A DNA stretch of 64,000 bases from a virus. Shown here one piece after another: positions 25,521 through 34,377 of this stretch (position 1 is the stretch's first letter; the number at the start of each line of letters is the position of its first letter). Both the position numbers and the translations under genes were made by a program. The notes under the pieces are model-generated. The model made no database searches, was not told the origin of the DNA, and was given only the letters and a program-made list of their open reading frames with translations. The stretch lies in the IMG/VR virus record IMGVR_UViG_3300037422_000051. One strand, given 5' to 3'.

Positions 25521-25792
25521 GGCATTCCTCTTCGCTGCTCCGGCGCCGTCGTCAGCCGCTCGAATAGCGGCCGCTTCAGCGCCTCGGTTGCGTGTCCCAT
25601 GCCATGAGTCGGAAGCGCGAGCACTGGCAGCAACGCGCGGCGACAATCTTCACTGTGTCGCAGGCCACCAGGGATCGCGTCGGGTCTCGGACGCCAGCGG
25701 CCTTGGTCGATGTCCACGAGCCAGCTCACGGTACGCTGCGTGCGGCGCACGATGCCGAGCGCCATGCCGCCGCGCGTGGGCTCAAGTCGCAT
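25517..25792 (-). CDS. Hypothetical protein
   Basis: Fills the gap after terS with overlapping start. Confidence 0.4.
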   Translation of the reverse strand: MRLEPTRGGMALGIVRRTQRTVSWLVDIDQGRWRPRPDAIPGGLRHSEDCRRALLPVLALPTHGMGHATEALKRPLFERLTTAPEQRRGMP

Positions 25793-26117
25793 CGGTTCTG
25801 TCTTTCGCTTCTTGGCGCGCTTTCTCCGCGAGCTGCGCGAAGGAAACCGGAGCGCCATCGGCGCCCGTGAGTTCCACGGTGCGGATGTCGCCAACGGCGC
25901 TCATCAGGAACTTCGCTGCGGTCACGTCCCCGGTCTGCGCGAGTTCAATCATCTTCGAGAGGATCCCGGGTAGATGGGGTCCGAGTTGCTGCCGATACTC
26001 TTCGCGGAGCTGCTGCCAGCTTTTGCTCCTACCGCCTGGATTCCCACTATGACCCTTTGGAAACGGTCTGAGATTTGCGATCTCGCGATCAGTCGGCCTG
26101 CGTCCTTTCGCCATCAA
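25782..26117 (-). CDS. terS: Terminase small subunit (DUF5681-like)
   Basis: 'NLRPFPKGHSGNPGGR' N-terminal motif; C-terminal 'VELTGADGAPV'. Confidence 0.8.
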   Translation of the reverse strand: MMAKGRRPTDREIANLRPFPKGHSGNPGGRSKSWQQLREEYRQQLGPHLPGILSKMIELAQTGDVTAAKFLMSAVGDIRTVELTGADGAPVSFAQLAEKARQEAKDRTDAT

Positions 26118-26485
26118 AGCTGACCTTTGAGCTCACCACAGATGAGCGGTACCAAAGGGCTTATATCGGCTCCGAGTACGTGAGCGGCTTCGTGCGCGCG
26201 TAGCTCGTGTCGTGCCCGCGCAGCGAGCCATCGACTTCGGGAGCCTGTTCGATCGGAGGGGGATTGAATTCGAGGGTTTCGCGGGCTTCGGTATGTCGCA
26301 GCGGCATGCGCCCCTTGGAGCCAGGACCAGAGGGCGCGGCGTACCCCGAGACGCGGCGCGGCTTGGAAAACGGCGGGATGGCCATAGGGTGGCTCCTTGC
26401 AAGTGTGCTCGCTCAATCCATACGCGAGGCGGGCATTTGCGTCAAGTGCTGCGAGGTCTCGCGATCCCGTGGCGTGCTCCGTCAC
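26114..26485 (-). CDS. Hypothetical protein, possible C-terminal HTH
   Basis: Overlapping starts/stops; 'LRAHEAAHVLG'. Confidence 0.4.
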   Translation of the reverse strand: MTEHATGSRDLAALDANARLAYGLSEHTCKEPPYGHPAVFQAAPRLGVRRALWSWLQGAHAAATYRSPRNPRIQSPSDRTGSRSRWLAARARHELRAHEAAHVLGADISPLVPLICGELKGQL

Positions 26486-26787
26486 GAGGCTTCTGGCGGT
26501 GGAGCGGGCGGCTGGTAATGAGGGCGCATCGTGGTGGCTTGCTCCATCACCGCCGCCATCGTGACGAGCTGCTGGTGGACCGAGCGCGGATTCAGGTCCG
26601 AGAAGAGCTGCTGATCGGTGCCCCGCTGGCCGTCCGGGTGCGCGACGAGGACCGTGCAGCGGAGCATGGGGAATCGCTTCTTGATGCGGCGCATCTCCTG
26701 TTGGAGTCGCCGCTTCGCGGCAGCGAAGGCGCGCTTCGAGGTCTCATTGTGCTCGATTGCAGCGGGTGTCGGGTCGGGTGTCAACAT
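26482..26787 (-). CDS. Hypothetical protein
   Basis: ATG 26787; helical composition. Confidence 0.5.
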   Translation of the reverse strand: MLTPDPTPAAIEHNETSKRAFAAAKRRLQQEMRRIKKRFPMLRCTVLVAHPDGQRGTDQQLFSDLNPRSVHQQLVTMAAVMEQATTMRPHYQPPAPPPEAS

Positions 26788-27011
26788 GCGTCTCTCCCAT
26801 TGGCGCGCGTGGACGCGCGAGGCTTCGAGATGAGCGAAGCGTAGAGCTTCGCTGCGCACGGCGCGCAGCGGTTGAATCCCGGCTGCGGTGGGTTGGCGCG
26901 CACGCCAGGTGGGATGAACTCGGACCACAGGATGAGCTGGTTGCAGTACCGGCATCGGGAGGACCGAGGCCGCAGGAAGGGTCGATCGTAGGGCTCAGGT
27001 CCACGCGGCAC
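26781..27011 (-). CDS. Small CxxC...CxxC zinc-finger protein
   Basis: CRYC and CAPC motifs. Confidence 0.5.
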   Translation of the reverse strand: MPRGPEPYDRPFLRPRSSRCRYCNQLILWSEFIPPGVRANPPQPGFNRCAPCAAKLYASLISKPRASTRANGRDAC

Positions 27012-27198
27012 AGGCTTTCAGCTCCTCTTCGGCGGCTTTGAGTTCACGGGTGGCCCGCGCGATGCGATCTTCCTCGCCGGAGTGCTGGGCGCGAGCGAGC
27101 TCCTTCTGCGCTTCCAGAACGCGATGCTTGGCGTCCCGGATAGCGACAGCTCCGCTCTCAGATTCGTAGTGTCCGCCCAGTTCGTTCGGGATCTTCAT
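26995..27198 (-). CDS. Small coiled-coil hypothetical protein
   Basis: ATGA overlap; GGAGG RBS. Confidence 0.55.
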   Translation of the reverse strand: MKIPNELGGHYESESGAVAIRDAKHRVLEAQKELARAQHSGEEDRIARATRELKAAEEELKACAAWT

Positions 27199-27446
27199 GG
27201 TTGCTTCCTCCATCCAGATTCCCACGATCCGCGCGTGTGTCGGATCCCTTCTTGGCACGCGCGATCGATGATGATGAGCTTTATAGAGCCATGCCATTTT
27301 GCTTCCCGAAATGGTTTGTACCGCAGGTCGAACGATCCTTTTGATTCCAGCTTCGCGAGGTGCCATTCGAGGACGCGGAGGGCTTCGAGCTCTTGGTAGG
27401 CTTCGTGGCCTTGTCCGTACCGCGGCGGCTTGCCTTTATTCGGCAT
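27195..27446 (-). CDS. Hypothetical protein (83 aa)
   Basis: GAGGA RBS; operon packing. Confidence 0.5.
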   Translation of the reverse strand: MPNKGKPPRYGQGHEAYQELEALRVLEWHLAKLESKGSFDLRYKPFREAKWHGSIKLIIIDRACQEGIRHTRGSWESGWRKQP

Positions 27447-27801
27447 GGTCTTCCTCGAATGGTTGTCTCCATTTCTTTGGATTCACACGCCACAGAAACA
27501 CTTCTTGATTGACCGCGAACTTCACGAGTTCCACGGCGGCATCTACGTCGCGGATGATGAACACTGCAGCTCCAATGCGTTCCCAGCGCTCGATTTGTCG
27601 ATCCTGTGCAATCGAGGTTTTCGCTTTTCCGGTTTTCACTTCGAGGAAGATCGCGAAGCCTTGCGAGACCACGAGCAGGTCCGGTGTCCCCGCTGGCATA
27701 TAGGGTCCACCGTGTAGCGGGAGCACATCCGTCTCGGGGAGCGCGCGGAGAGCTTTGACGATCTTCTTGACGAGGGTCGAGTGCGAGGCGGTCTGGTTCA
27801 T
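27436..27801 (-). CDS. VRR-NUC family nuclease (Holliday-junction resolvase-like)
   Basis: 'GTPDLLVV...FLEVKT...Q' PD-(D/E)xK motif. Confidence 0.88.
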   Translation of the reverse strand: MNQTASHSTLVKKIVKALRALPETDVLPLHGGPYMPAGTPDLLVVSQGFAIFLEVKTGKAKTSIAQDRQIERWERIGAAVFIIRDVDAAVELVKFAVNQEVFLWRVNPKKWRQPFEEDHAE

Positions 27802-29390
27802 GCCGGCGCCCTGAACTCGAACTGCCGCCGGCTCGAGGGGCCAGCCAGCACGAGTCGGTGCTTCGCGCGGGTCATCGAGACGTAGAAGGTTCGCGTCTGG
27901 GTGTCGCGTGCCTTTTGCTTCATCGAAGCCTCCCACATCGCGGGCGTGAGATCGGGGAACACCACGACGGTATCCGCTTCCGATCCTTTCAAGCTGTGAG
28001 CAGTCCCAACGAATAGCTGCGGCGGTGTCTCGAGCGCCTCACGGCCGCGTTTCTCGTAGACGCGGAGCGCGAACTCGAGGGTCTTGCGTCGCGCTTTCGT
28101 GGAGTGCTCGAGCAGCCACGCGACATCGCGATCGAGGGCGCGATCGAAGTCGGATTCTTGGAGGAACAGCGCGCGGAGCTCGGCGAATGTCCAGGGGCTA
28201 CTCACCTTCGGATCGCTCTTCGCGCCGCGCACGAGTAGGCCCGTGGATTGCAGGAGCCCGAGCCAGAGTCGAATCGCATCGGGTGTCCACGATTCCCAGC
28301 CATCGAGGAACGCGAGAAGCTGCGAGACGGTGGTCACCGCATCCTTGCGCTTGAGAACCAGCGGATTCCAGTCGCCGCGCTTCGGGGCCCACGGGTTTGC
28401 GAAGGGGATGCCGCGCTGGCGCAGGAGCTTGAGCAGCGGGAAGAGCGGGAACTCCGTAGCGGCGAGGACCATGACGGTGCCCTCGCCGAGCCATGTGTCG
28501 AGGTGCCTGAGGATCGGGTCTGGGTAGCGCGAGGTGATCTCGGAGGCACGTCGGACCTCGCCCTCGGCGTCGCGCGGGTGGTAGTTCACGTCGACGCGCT
28601 CACGGATCTGCCGGATGGTTCGCTGCGCCCAGCGGTGGACGGAGCGCGGGATGCGGTAGCTCTGCTCGAGCAGGTGGCTTCCAGCAGCCGGGTAGTCCAT
28701 GAACATGCGCGGATCGATCGCGCGGATGCCGCTAAAGATGCATTGATCTGGATCTCCTGCGAGAATCACGCGTTCGATCTTCGGAGCCCATACCTCGCGA
28801 ACGAGGTAGAGCTCAAGCGGTGAGCTGTCTTGAACCTCGTCGATGCAGACCGTATCGGGCTTGTGGCCGCCCACCAGCGGCAAGGCCCCGGTTTCGACGG
28901 TCTGCTCGATGCAGTCGTGGAAGTCGAGGATCTCGTGTGCGCGCTTCCAGGCCGTGTAGGCGTCGAAGAACTCCCGGAGGCCGACCAGGGGCACCCACTT
29001 CGCGCGCGGGAGTCGCTGATCGCGGGCGAGGTTGGCAGCTTGGAGGAACCGATCTCCGCGGGTATCCGGCTTGGCTTCCTCGGTCAGCCTCCACTCGGGG
29101 TGCCTGAGGCGTTTTGCCTCTTCGGCCCACTCGTCGAGATAGTTCACGACGAGCTGCTCCTGGCCGATCCCGATCGCGTTCATGCAGAGCTTGTGGAGGG
29201 TGCCGACCTCGACCATCGATCGGTCGGTGAGCTTCGTCCGTGCTCTGATCTCTGCGGCGGCGGTATTCGTGAGCGAGGCGATTGCCACACGTCGCCCGCG
29301 TTGGAGGACGGCTTCCTGAGTGGAATTCGCCAGGAATTGACTCTTTCCGCACCCCGGGGGGCCCGTGATCTGAAAAACATTGGAATTCAA
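27798..29390 (-). CDS. UvrD/Rep-like SF1 helicase
   Basis: 'GPPGCGKS', 'IDEVQD', 'AGDPDQCIF', 'QSYRIP', 'TAHSLKGSEAD', 'FYVSMTRAK'; likely TTG start at 29390. Confidence 0.9.
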   Translation of the reverse strand: MNSNVFQITGPPGCGKSQFLANSTQEAVLQRGRRVAIASLTNTAAAEIRARTKLTDRSMVEVGTLHKLCMNAIGIGQEQLVVNYLDEWAEEAKRLRHPEWRLTEEAKPDTRGDRFLQAANLARDQRLPRAKWVPLVGLREFFDAYTAWKRAHEILDFHDCIEQTVETGALPLVGGHKPDTVCIDEVQDSSPLELYLVREVWAPKIERVILAGDPDQCIFSGIRAIDPRMFMDYPAAGSHLLEQSYRIPRSVHRWAQRTIRQIRERVDVNYHPRDAEGEVRRASEITSRYPDPILRHLDTWLGEGTVMVLAATEFPLFPLLKLLRQRGIPFANPWAPKRGDWNPLVLKRKDAVTTVSQLLAFLDGWESWTPDAIRLWLGLLQSTGLLVRGAKSDPKVSSPWTFAELRALFLQESDFDRALDRDVAWLLEHSTKARRKTLEFALRVYEKRGREALETPPQLFVGTAHSLKGSEADTVVVFPDLTPAMWEASMKQKARDTQTRTFYVSMTRAKHRLVLAGPSSRRQFEFRAPA

Positions 29391-29399
29391 CTTGATTAA

Positions 29400-29553
29400 T
29401 TCCCTTTCAGAATCGCAGATGTAACACCGTGCAACAGCCTTGTAACATCCCCATTTGGGCACCTAAGTGTTTGATTTTGTTCATGTAACATCTGTAACAC
29501 TTGTTGCCTAGTGATTTGTTTTTAAAATGCGATTTTTGTCTCTTATAGGAATC
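29400..29553. other. Putative replication origin: AT-rich with TGTAACA iterons
   Basis: TGTAACA at 29420, 29441, 29484, 29493, TGCAACA at 29430; AT-rich island just downstream of the primase gene. Confidence 0.65.
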
Positions 29554-31038
29554 TCACGGGGTCTCTATCACCTTCCAGTATCGGCGCTGCACGACCTTCC
29601 CTCCGTACCTAAAAAGCGCAGGCACTTCGACCACGGCCCCGCACTCACGGAGTCTGGCCCAAAATGACCCAACCGCTTCCCGAGCCCCGAAGCCAGACTT
29701 GTCGTAGAAGCTGCGGAAGTTGTCGAAGCGGATGTAGGAGGCTCCCTCGAATTGGATGTGGGGCGTGTTCAAGTAGCGGCTCTCCGCAAAGGCTTCCGGG
29801 GTCTCCGCAGCGGAAATGTCCTCGCCCTCCGTGTCTGGGTGCATAAAGAGCTCGAGGATGTGGCGGATCTCCGCAGGCGGGTCGGAGAGCCCCGGGTCGA
29901 TCGTCTCCGCGATCTTCGAGAGCAGGACCGCGCAGGCCATCCAATTCTTCCGCTTGACTCGCAGCGAGCAGGTAGCGCCATCGAAGATCGCGCGGCGGAC
30001 CTCGTCATAGGCGAGGAGATTGCGAATCGGGATCTCGTGGGGCGCTCCGTTGAGCTCGACGATCAGCTGGTAGCGCGCGGGCCGCGTCCCCGACTTCGTG
30101 ACTCGGAGCAGCGGCACGCCCATCGCCTCGCGCAGGTGCGCGAGCTGGTCGCTGGCCTCACTGTTCTCCGCCGCGGTGAGAAGCTGCGTCTCGAGTGCTT
30201 GCGATGCGGCCTTACTGACCGTCTTCTCGACCGCCGCATCGAAGGCGTGCCGATACGAGGGCGCGATCTCGAGCTTCGCGGCGCTCTCGATGAGACGACG
30301 GATCTCGATCTCTGAAAGCGGGGGCTCACAGAGCAAGTCGTTCGCGAGCGCGATCACGCGCGAGATCAGCGGAAGCTCCTGTCCGCGCGCGCGAAGCGAA
30401 GCCGCGTAGCGGAAGAGCCGGTCGTTTCGCGCGCCCTCGCCGATCCGAATGCGCGGGATGCCCGAAGCCTCGAGCATCCACGCTTGGTCCTCGTTGTCGA
30501 TCGGGATCAGAGGCCCGGCCGCGTCGAAGTCGAGCACCTGGCCATTCCCGCGCAGCGCCGCGGTGAGCCACTCGGGGCACTCTGGAAGCGGCTCGTCGAT
30601 GTAGCCCATCGCGTAGGGCGTGCCGTTGGGGTGGATGCTCGGGGCCGCGACCACGTACCCGCCCTCGCCGCGGGTATCGATCCCTGGCAGCCGCCCGGTG
30701 GAGTTCCCGAGCGCGCCACCTACGAAGAAGAGCTGCCGCCCGCGGCCGGTTTGCTGGCAGGGTCCGAGCGGCAGCGGCCCGTGCTTCTCTTCGAGCGCCG
30801 CGAGCGCCTGCTCGCCCTCCGGGCCATCGATATCGAGGGCGTCGAACGACCGGGGGCCCGTAGCGATCGCGACGTTCGCCGCAGGCCAGCGTTTCCACCA
30901 GGCCCGGATCGTCTGGGCGTCCGTGGTCGCATCCTTGCAGCCATGCACGGTGAGCGGCTTCTTGCCGCGCGGCTGGCACGGGAAGCAGGGCCAATCTCGG
31001 GCCGCGTAGCGCAGTGCAGCCTCAAGGATCGAGCTCAT
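29554..31038 (-). CDS. Bifunctional primase-polymerase (AEP Prim-Pol) with PriCT domain
   Basis: 'FPCQPRGKKP...GCKDATTD', 'NVAIATG...DID', 'GIDTRGEGGYVVAAPSIH', PriCT 'GARNDRLFRYA'. Confidence 0.9.
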   Translation of the reverse strand: MSSILEAALRYAARDWPCFPCQPRGKKPLTVHGCKDATTDAQTIRAWWKRWPAANVAIATGPRSFDALDIDGPEGEQALAALEEKHGPLPLGPCQQTGRGRQLFFVGGALGNSTGRLPGIDTRGEGGYVVAAPSIHPNGTPYAMGYIDEPLPECPEWLTAALRGNGQVLDFDAAGPLIPIDNEDQAWMLEASGIPRIRIGEGARNDRLFRYAASLRARGQELPLISRVIALANDLLCEPPLSEIEIRRLIESAAKLEIAPSYRHAFDAAVEKTVSKAASQALETQLLTAAENSEASDQLAHLREAMGVPLLRVTKSGTRPARYQLIVELNGAPHEIPIRNLLAYDEVRRAIFDGATCSLRVKRKNWMACAVLLSKIAETIDPGLSDPPAEIRHILELFMHPDTEGEDISAAETPEAFAESRYLNTPHIQFEGASYIRFDNFRSFYDKSGFGAREAVGSFWARLRECGAVVEVPALFRYGGKVVQRRYWKVIETP

Positions 31039-31937
31039 GGGGCGACCCGGAATAGATCCTTCTGCGATTCGATCGTTTTCATGCGATCCGCTGCTTGCTC
31101 GAAGTAGGTCTTCTTGAGCTCGACTCCGACGAATCGGCGGCCCTGCTCGAGCGAGCCAACACCTTCCGATCCGATTCCCATGAACGGCGACAGCACCACG
31201 TCATCCGGGTTGCTCCACAGCACGAGCGCGCGGAAGATCACATCGAGCTGAAGTGGGCACAGGTGCCGCTCGTCGCCTTGTTCCTTCGATCCCTTGACGC
31301 TCAGCACGTTACTCTGCTGAACCGTCATCCAGACGGGCGAAGCCCACTCCTGCCACTGATCGAGCGGGAACTGCTCGGGCGTGTGAACGATCGGGCTCTC
31401 GTTCTCGCCCGGCTTGATAAACGTCATCACGTAGTCCGCGAGTCCGCCGCGACTCTTCGAGGAATCCTTCTTGAGTTGTTTGTAGAGAAGCCCGACGTGC
31501 TTCGTGCGCGTCATCTCGACGACAGGGCAGCGCCAGACGGTGCGCCGTCCGTGGTAGATCCAGCCGGCCTCTTCGTGAATGCGGATGATCGAGCCTGAGA
31601 AATCCTTGACGCCGACGGCGCCATCGCGCCACTTCGTCATCGGTAGATCCGAACAATGCACGGCCGTCAGGCGTCCGGGCTTGGTGATTCGCAGCTTCTG
31701 CTCAACGGCGAATCGGTAGTGCTGCTCGAACTCGCCATCGCTAGACGAGTTTCCCATGTCCGCCACGCTGTCGGAGTAGACAAACAGATTCCCGAAGGGT
31801 GGCGAGTACACCGAGAAATCGATGCTCGCGTCGGGTAGCTGCTGCATCACATCCACGCAATCACCCCAATAAACGTGGAAACGTTCACCTGCTGATTCTC
31901 CTAGACACCTAACGACTGATTCCACGCCGCACCTCAT
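31035..31937 (-). CDS. DNA N4/N6 methyltransferase (beta class)
   Basis: Motif IV 'SPPF' precedes motif I 'SPFMGIGS'; 'HLCPLQL'; start may be GTG 31925. Confidence 0.9.
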   Translation of the reverse strand: MRCGVESVVRCLGESAGERFHVYWGDCVDVMQQLPDASIDFSVYSPPFGNLFVYSDSVADMGNSSSDGEFEQHYRFAVEQKLRITKPGRLTAVHCSDLPMTKWRDGAVGVKDFSGSIIRIHEEAGWIYHGRRTVWRCPVVEMTRTKHVGLLYKQLKKDSSKSRGGLADYVMTFIKPGENESPIVHTPEQFPLDQWQEWASPVWMTVQQSNVLSVKGSKEQGDERHLCPLQLDVIFRALVLWSNPDDVVLSPFMGIGSEGVGSLEQGRRFVGVELKKTYFEQAADRMKTIESQKDLFRVAP

Positions 31938-32391
31938 TCATTCGAGTGAGTCTTCCATCGGCCAACATGTGACAACGGCGACAGAGAAATGCGATATTTT
32001 CGCGCGCGTTGTTCCTCGTGTTATCGTCGATGTGGTGACGGTCCAATCGCGGACCGGTCCGGCCGCATCTCTCGCAGGCGGCAGGCGGCTCGAATGATCG
32101 GAGTGCTCGCGTTCGACCTGCTCTCTCGCAGGCATCCTCACCCCTCCAGCCGTGATGCTCCGCGCCGTACCGCTTCCGCTTCTCGACGTGTTCCGGTGAT
32201 TGCTTGCGACCAGACATGGCCGTCGCCCCGCATGCAGACGAGCAGAACTTTCTCACGCGACTCGGAGGCGAGTAGGCCGAGAACGACCAGCCGCACCGAG
32301 CACAGACATGCGAGGTGAGAATTAGAGCCACGCCGGCAATCCCCCACCATGATAGGCCGACCACGCGTCGCCGTGCGCTTCGCCGAGGCAT
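31909..32391 (-). CDS. HNH homing endonuclease with zinc finger and NUMOD3-like motif
   Basis: 'CERCG...DRHHIDDNTRNN...FLCRRCH'; 'GRKQSPEHVEK'; start uncertain (32391 or 32331). Confidence 0.8.
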   Translation of the reverse strand: MPRRSARRRVVGLSWWGIAGVALILTSHVCARCGWSFSAYSPPSRVRKFCSSACGATAMSGRKQSPEHVEKRKRYGAEHHGWRGEDACERAGRTRALRSFEPPAACERCGRTGPRLDRHHIDDNTRNNARENIAFLCRRCHMLADGRLTRMNEVRRGISR

Positions 32392-32395
32392 CGGA

Positions 32396-32644
32396 TCACG
32401 GGATGCTCCGCTGCGCGAATAGATTATCGATGCCAGTACATTCCATCGCGAGCCGAATCGCGACGGCTGCAACCTGAATCGACTCGCGCTCCACTCCAGC
32501 TAGATCGTTGCACCGAATCGCATCGAGTAGCTCTGCGCATTCCTCCGCGAGCACACCATATCCCTCGTGCGTAGAAGCGAAGGGTCCGTATCTCTCTTCC
32601 GCGTTCTCAACTTCGAGTCGCACGATCTTGATTACTTCATCCAT
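32396..32644 (-). CDS. MazG-like nucleotide pyrophosphohydrolase
   Basis: 'HEGYGVLAEECAEL...ESIQVAAVA' EExxE...E acidic pattern. Confidence 0.65.
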   Translation of the reverse strand: MDEVIKIVRLEVENAEERYGPFASTHEGYGVLAEECAELLDAIRCNDLAGVERESIQVAAVAIRLAMECTGIDNLFAQRSIP

Positions 32645-34014
32645 GCCGGGAGTCTCCCCTCGTGGGTCGGGTTGTAGGCGACTTTCGTTTCCGAGATGCG
32701 GCCCATTGCGCGCAGCATCGACTCGCGCATCTGCGCTTTCATGGATTCGTGCGCGGCAGCCTTCTTGTCGATCACGCGCCCAATGGCATCCTCGCCCTCA
32801 GCGACGATCAGATGCGCTTGAACCTCGCGCTTTTGACCGAAGCGCCACATGCGTCGGATAGCCTGATACCAGGATTCGTAGGAGAAGGTTCGCCCGACGA
32901 ATGCGGTACGCGCGCAATGCTGCCAGTTCAATCCGAACCCCGTGACGCTTGGCTTCGTAACTAGGACACGGATACTGCCATCGTCGAAGCCTTCGAGCGT
33001 CTTCTCCTTTCGCTCGACGTGGTGCGATCCGCGAATCTCTCCGACGGAATCGACGCCTTTGAGTGCTTTCAGGAGTGAATCCGACTCGTAGTCGGTGTCA
33101 CACCAGATCACCCACGGCTCGCCGGGTTCCGCATCGACCAGCTCTCGCACGATGGCGGCCCGCGCATCTGCGGTTTCGCGCTTGACCTCGTGCATCCCAG
33201 TTGCCGAGATCGCAACGTGCCCGAAGAGATCGCCTAGCTGGCTGACGTGAGCCGACGGCGCGCAGCGGTGCTTCGTGACGGACAGCTTCGGAAGCACGAA
33301 TCCGTCGTCGGAGTCGCCGAGATCCGATGGCATACCGGCCATCCGGCACCAGGAAGCCATCCAATCCCAGAAAGCGGAGACGCCATGACGCTTGAGCCGC
33401 CAGACTTGCGAGGCTTCTGAGGTATCGTTGATGAAGAATCGAGACAGCATCTCGTTGCTCGTCATCACGCCGCAGAAATCTGCATGCTGGCCGAGCTCCA
33501 TGTGGTCATTTGGCGCGGGCGTTGCGGTCGCCGAGAGCCGAAAGCGGTGATTCGCGAAGGCCGAGCGCAGCGCGCGCGAGGTGGCACCCGAGAAGCTCTT
33601 GAGGATACTCGACTCGTCAAGCGCCACCGCGCCGAATGCGGAAGGATCGATCTTGTCGATCCGATCGTAGTTGCAGATGTTGATCCCGGGGGCGGCCTCG
33701 CTCTGATCGCGGATCACGCGAACATCGTAGTACCAGCGAAGCCCCTCGCGTTCGATTTGCCGAGCCACTGCAAGCGGCGTGAGGATCAGCGCGTAGCCGT
33801 TGGTCGCAGCCGCTGCGTGCTGACACCATTCGAGCTCGCAGGCGGTTTTCCCGAGTCCGGTATCGAGGAACAGCCCGCCGGACCCCGCGCGCAGCAGGAA
33901 GTCGACGCAATCGCGCTGGAACGGGAAGAGGTAGGAGGCCAGCCGACCGGGCTCGATTCCACGAGGCTTCGCGGAGAGCACCTTCCCAGCGAGGAAGTCG
34001 GCGTACGCCATCAC
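32632..34014 (-). CDS. SNF2-like (SF2) helicase, methyltransferase-associated
   Basis: 'DTGLGKT', 'LDESSILK', 'TATPAPND', 'GLNWQHC', 'QAIRRMWRFGQ'. Confidence 0.9.
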   Translation of the reverse strand: MMAYADFLAGKVLSAKPRGIEPGRLASYLFPFQRDCVDFLLRAGSGGLFLDTGLGKTACELEWCQHAAAATNGYALILTPLAVARQIEREGLRWYYDVRVIRDQSEAAPGINICNYDRIDKIDPSAFGAVALDESSILKSFSGATSRALRSAFANHRFRLSATATPAPNDHMELGQHADFCGVMTSNEMLSRFFINDTSEASQVWRLKRHGVSAFWDWMASWCRMAGMPSDLGDSDDGFVLPKLSVTKHRCAPSAHVSQLGDLFGHVAISATGMHEVKRETADARAAIVRELVDAEPGEPWVIWCDTDYESDSLLKALKGVDSVGEIRGSHHVERKEKTLEGFDDGSIRVLVTKPSVTGFGLNWQHCARTAFVGRTFSYESWYQAIRRMWRFGQKREVQAHLIVAEGEDAIGRVIDKKAAAHESMKAQMRESMLRAMGRISETKVAYNPTHEGRLPAWMK

Positions 34015-34274
34015 GCAGCCGCCTTGGATTCACCTCCTGGCGTCCGTCTTGGAGGTGGCCCATCGAGCCCCAGCAGGAGCCATGCGGGGAGTCGCCCTCG
34101 GCTGGCCTTCTCAATCCGGCGGGCGATGCGAGGGGTGCAGTAGCCGCGCGCGGCCATGTTGCGCAGGACGGGCCCAGCGGTACCCAGGAGCTTCCCGGTG
34201 GCCTCCCAATCGAGGTCGCCATGCTCCTTGCGGTAGCGGTCCAGTTCCAAGGCCAGTGCGGTGCGCCGCGCCAT
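34011..34274 (-). CDS. Cro/CI-like HTH transcriptional regulator
   Basis: 'WEATGKLLGTAGPVLRNMAARG...RIARRIEKAS.G' HTH pattern; first gene after the leftward promoter. Confidence 0.6.
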   Translation of the reverse strand: MARRTALALELDRYRKEHGDLDWEATGKLLGTAGPVLRNMAARGYCTPRIARRIEKASRGRLPAWLLLGLDGPPPRRTPGGESKAAA

Positions 34275-34307
34275 CGTCGCTTCCCTCCCCCATGCGATCC
34301 CGGGGCG

Positions 34308-34336
34308 ACTCTAGCCGATCAAAAATCGACCGTCAA
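34308..34336 (-). promoter_or_regulatory. Leftward sigma70-like promoter
   Basis: TTGACG-17 nt-TAGAGT on the - strand. Confidence 0.6.
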
Positions 34337-34349
34337 TGGAATTATTTAG

Positions 34350-34377
34350 TTGACAACCCCCTCAAGCCGGCTAGGAT
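34350..34377 (+). promoter_or_regulatory. Rightward sigma70-like promoter
   Basis: TTGACA-16 nt-TAGGAT. Confidence 0.65.

Noticed and set aside
29391-29462. Cys-rich N-terminal extension of the UvrD ORF
   Set aside because: It runs through the iteron/AT island; a TTG start with an RBS at 29390 sits just before Walker A
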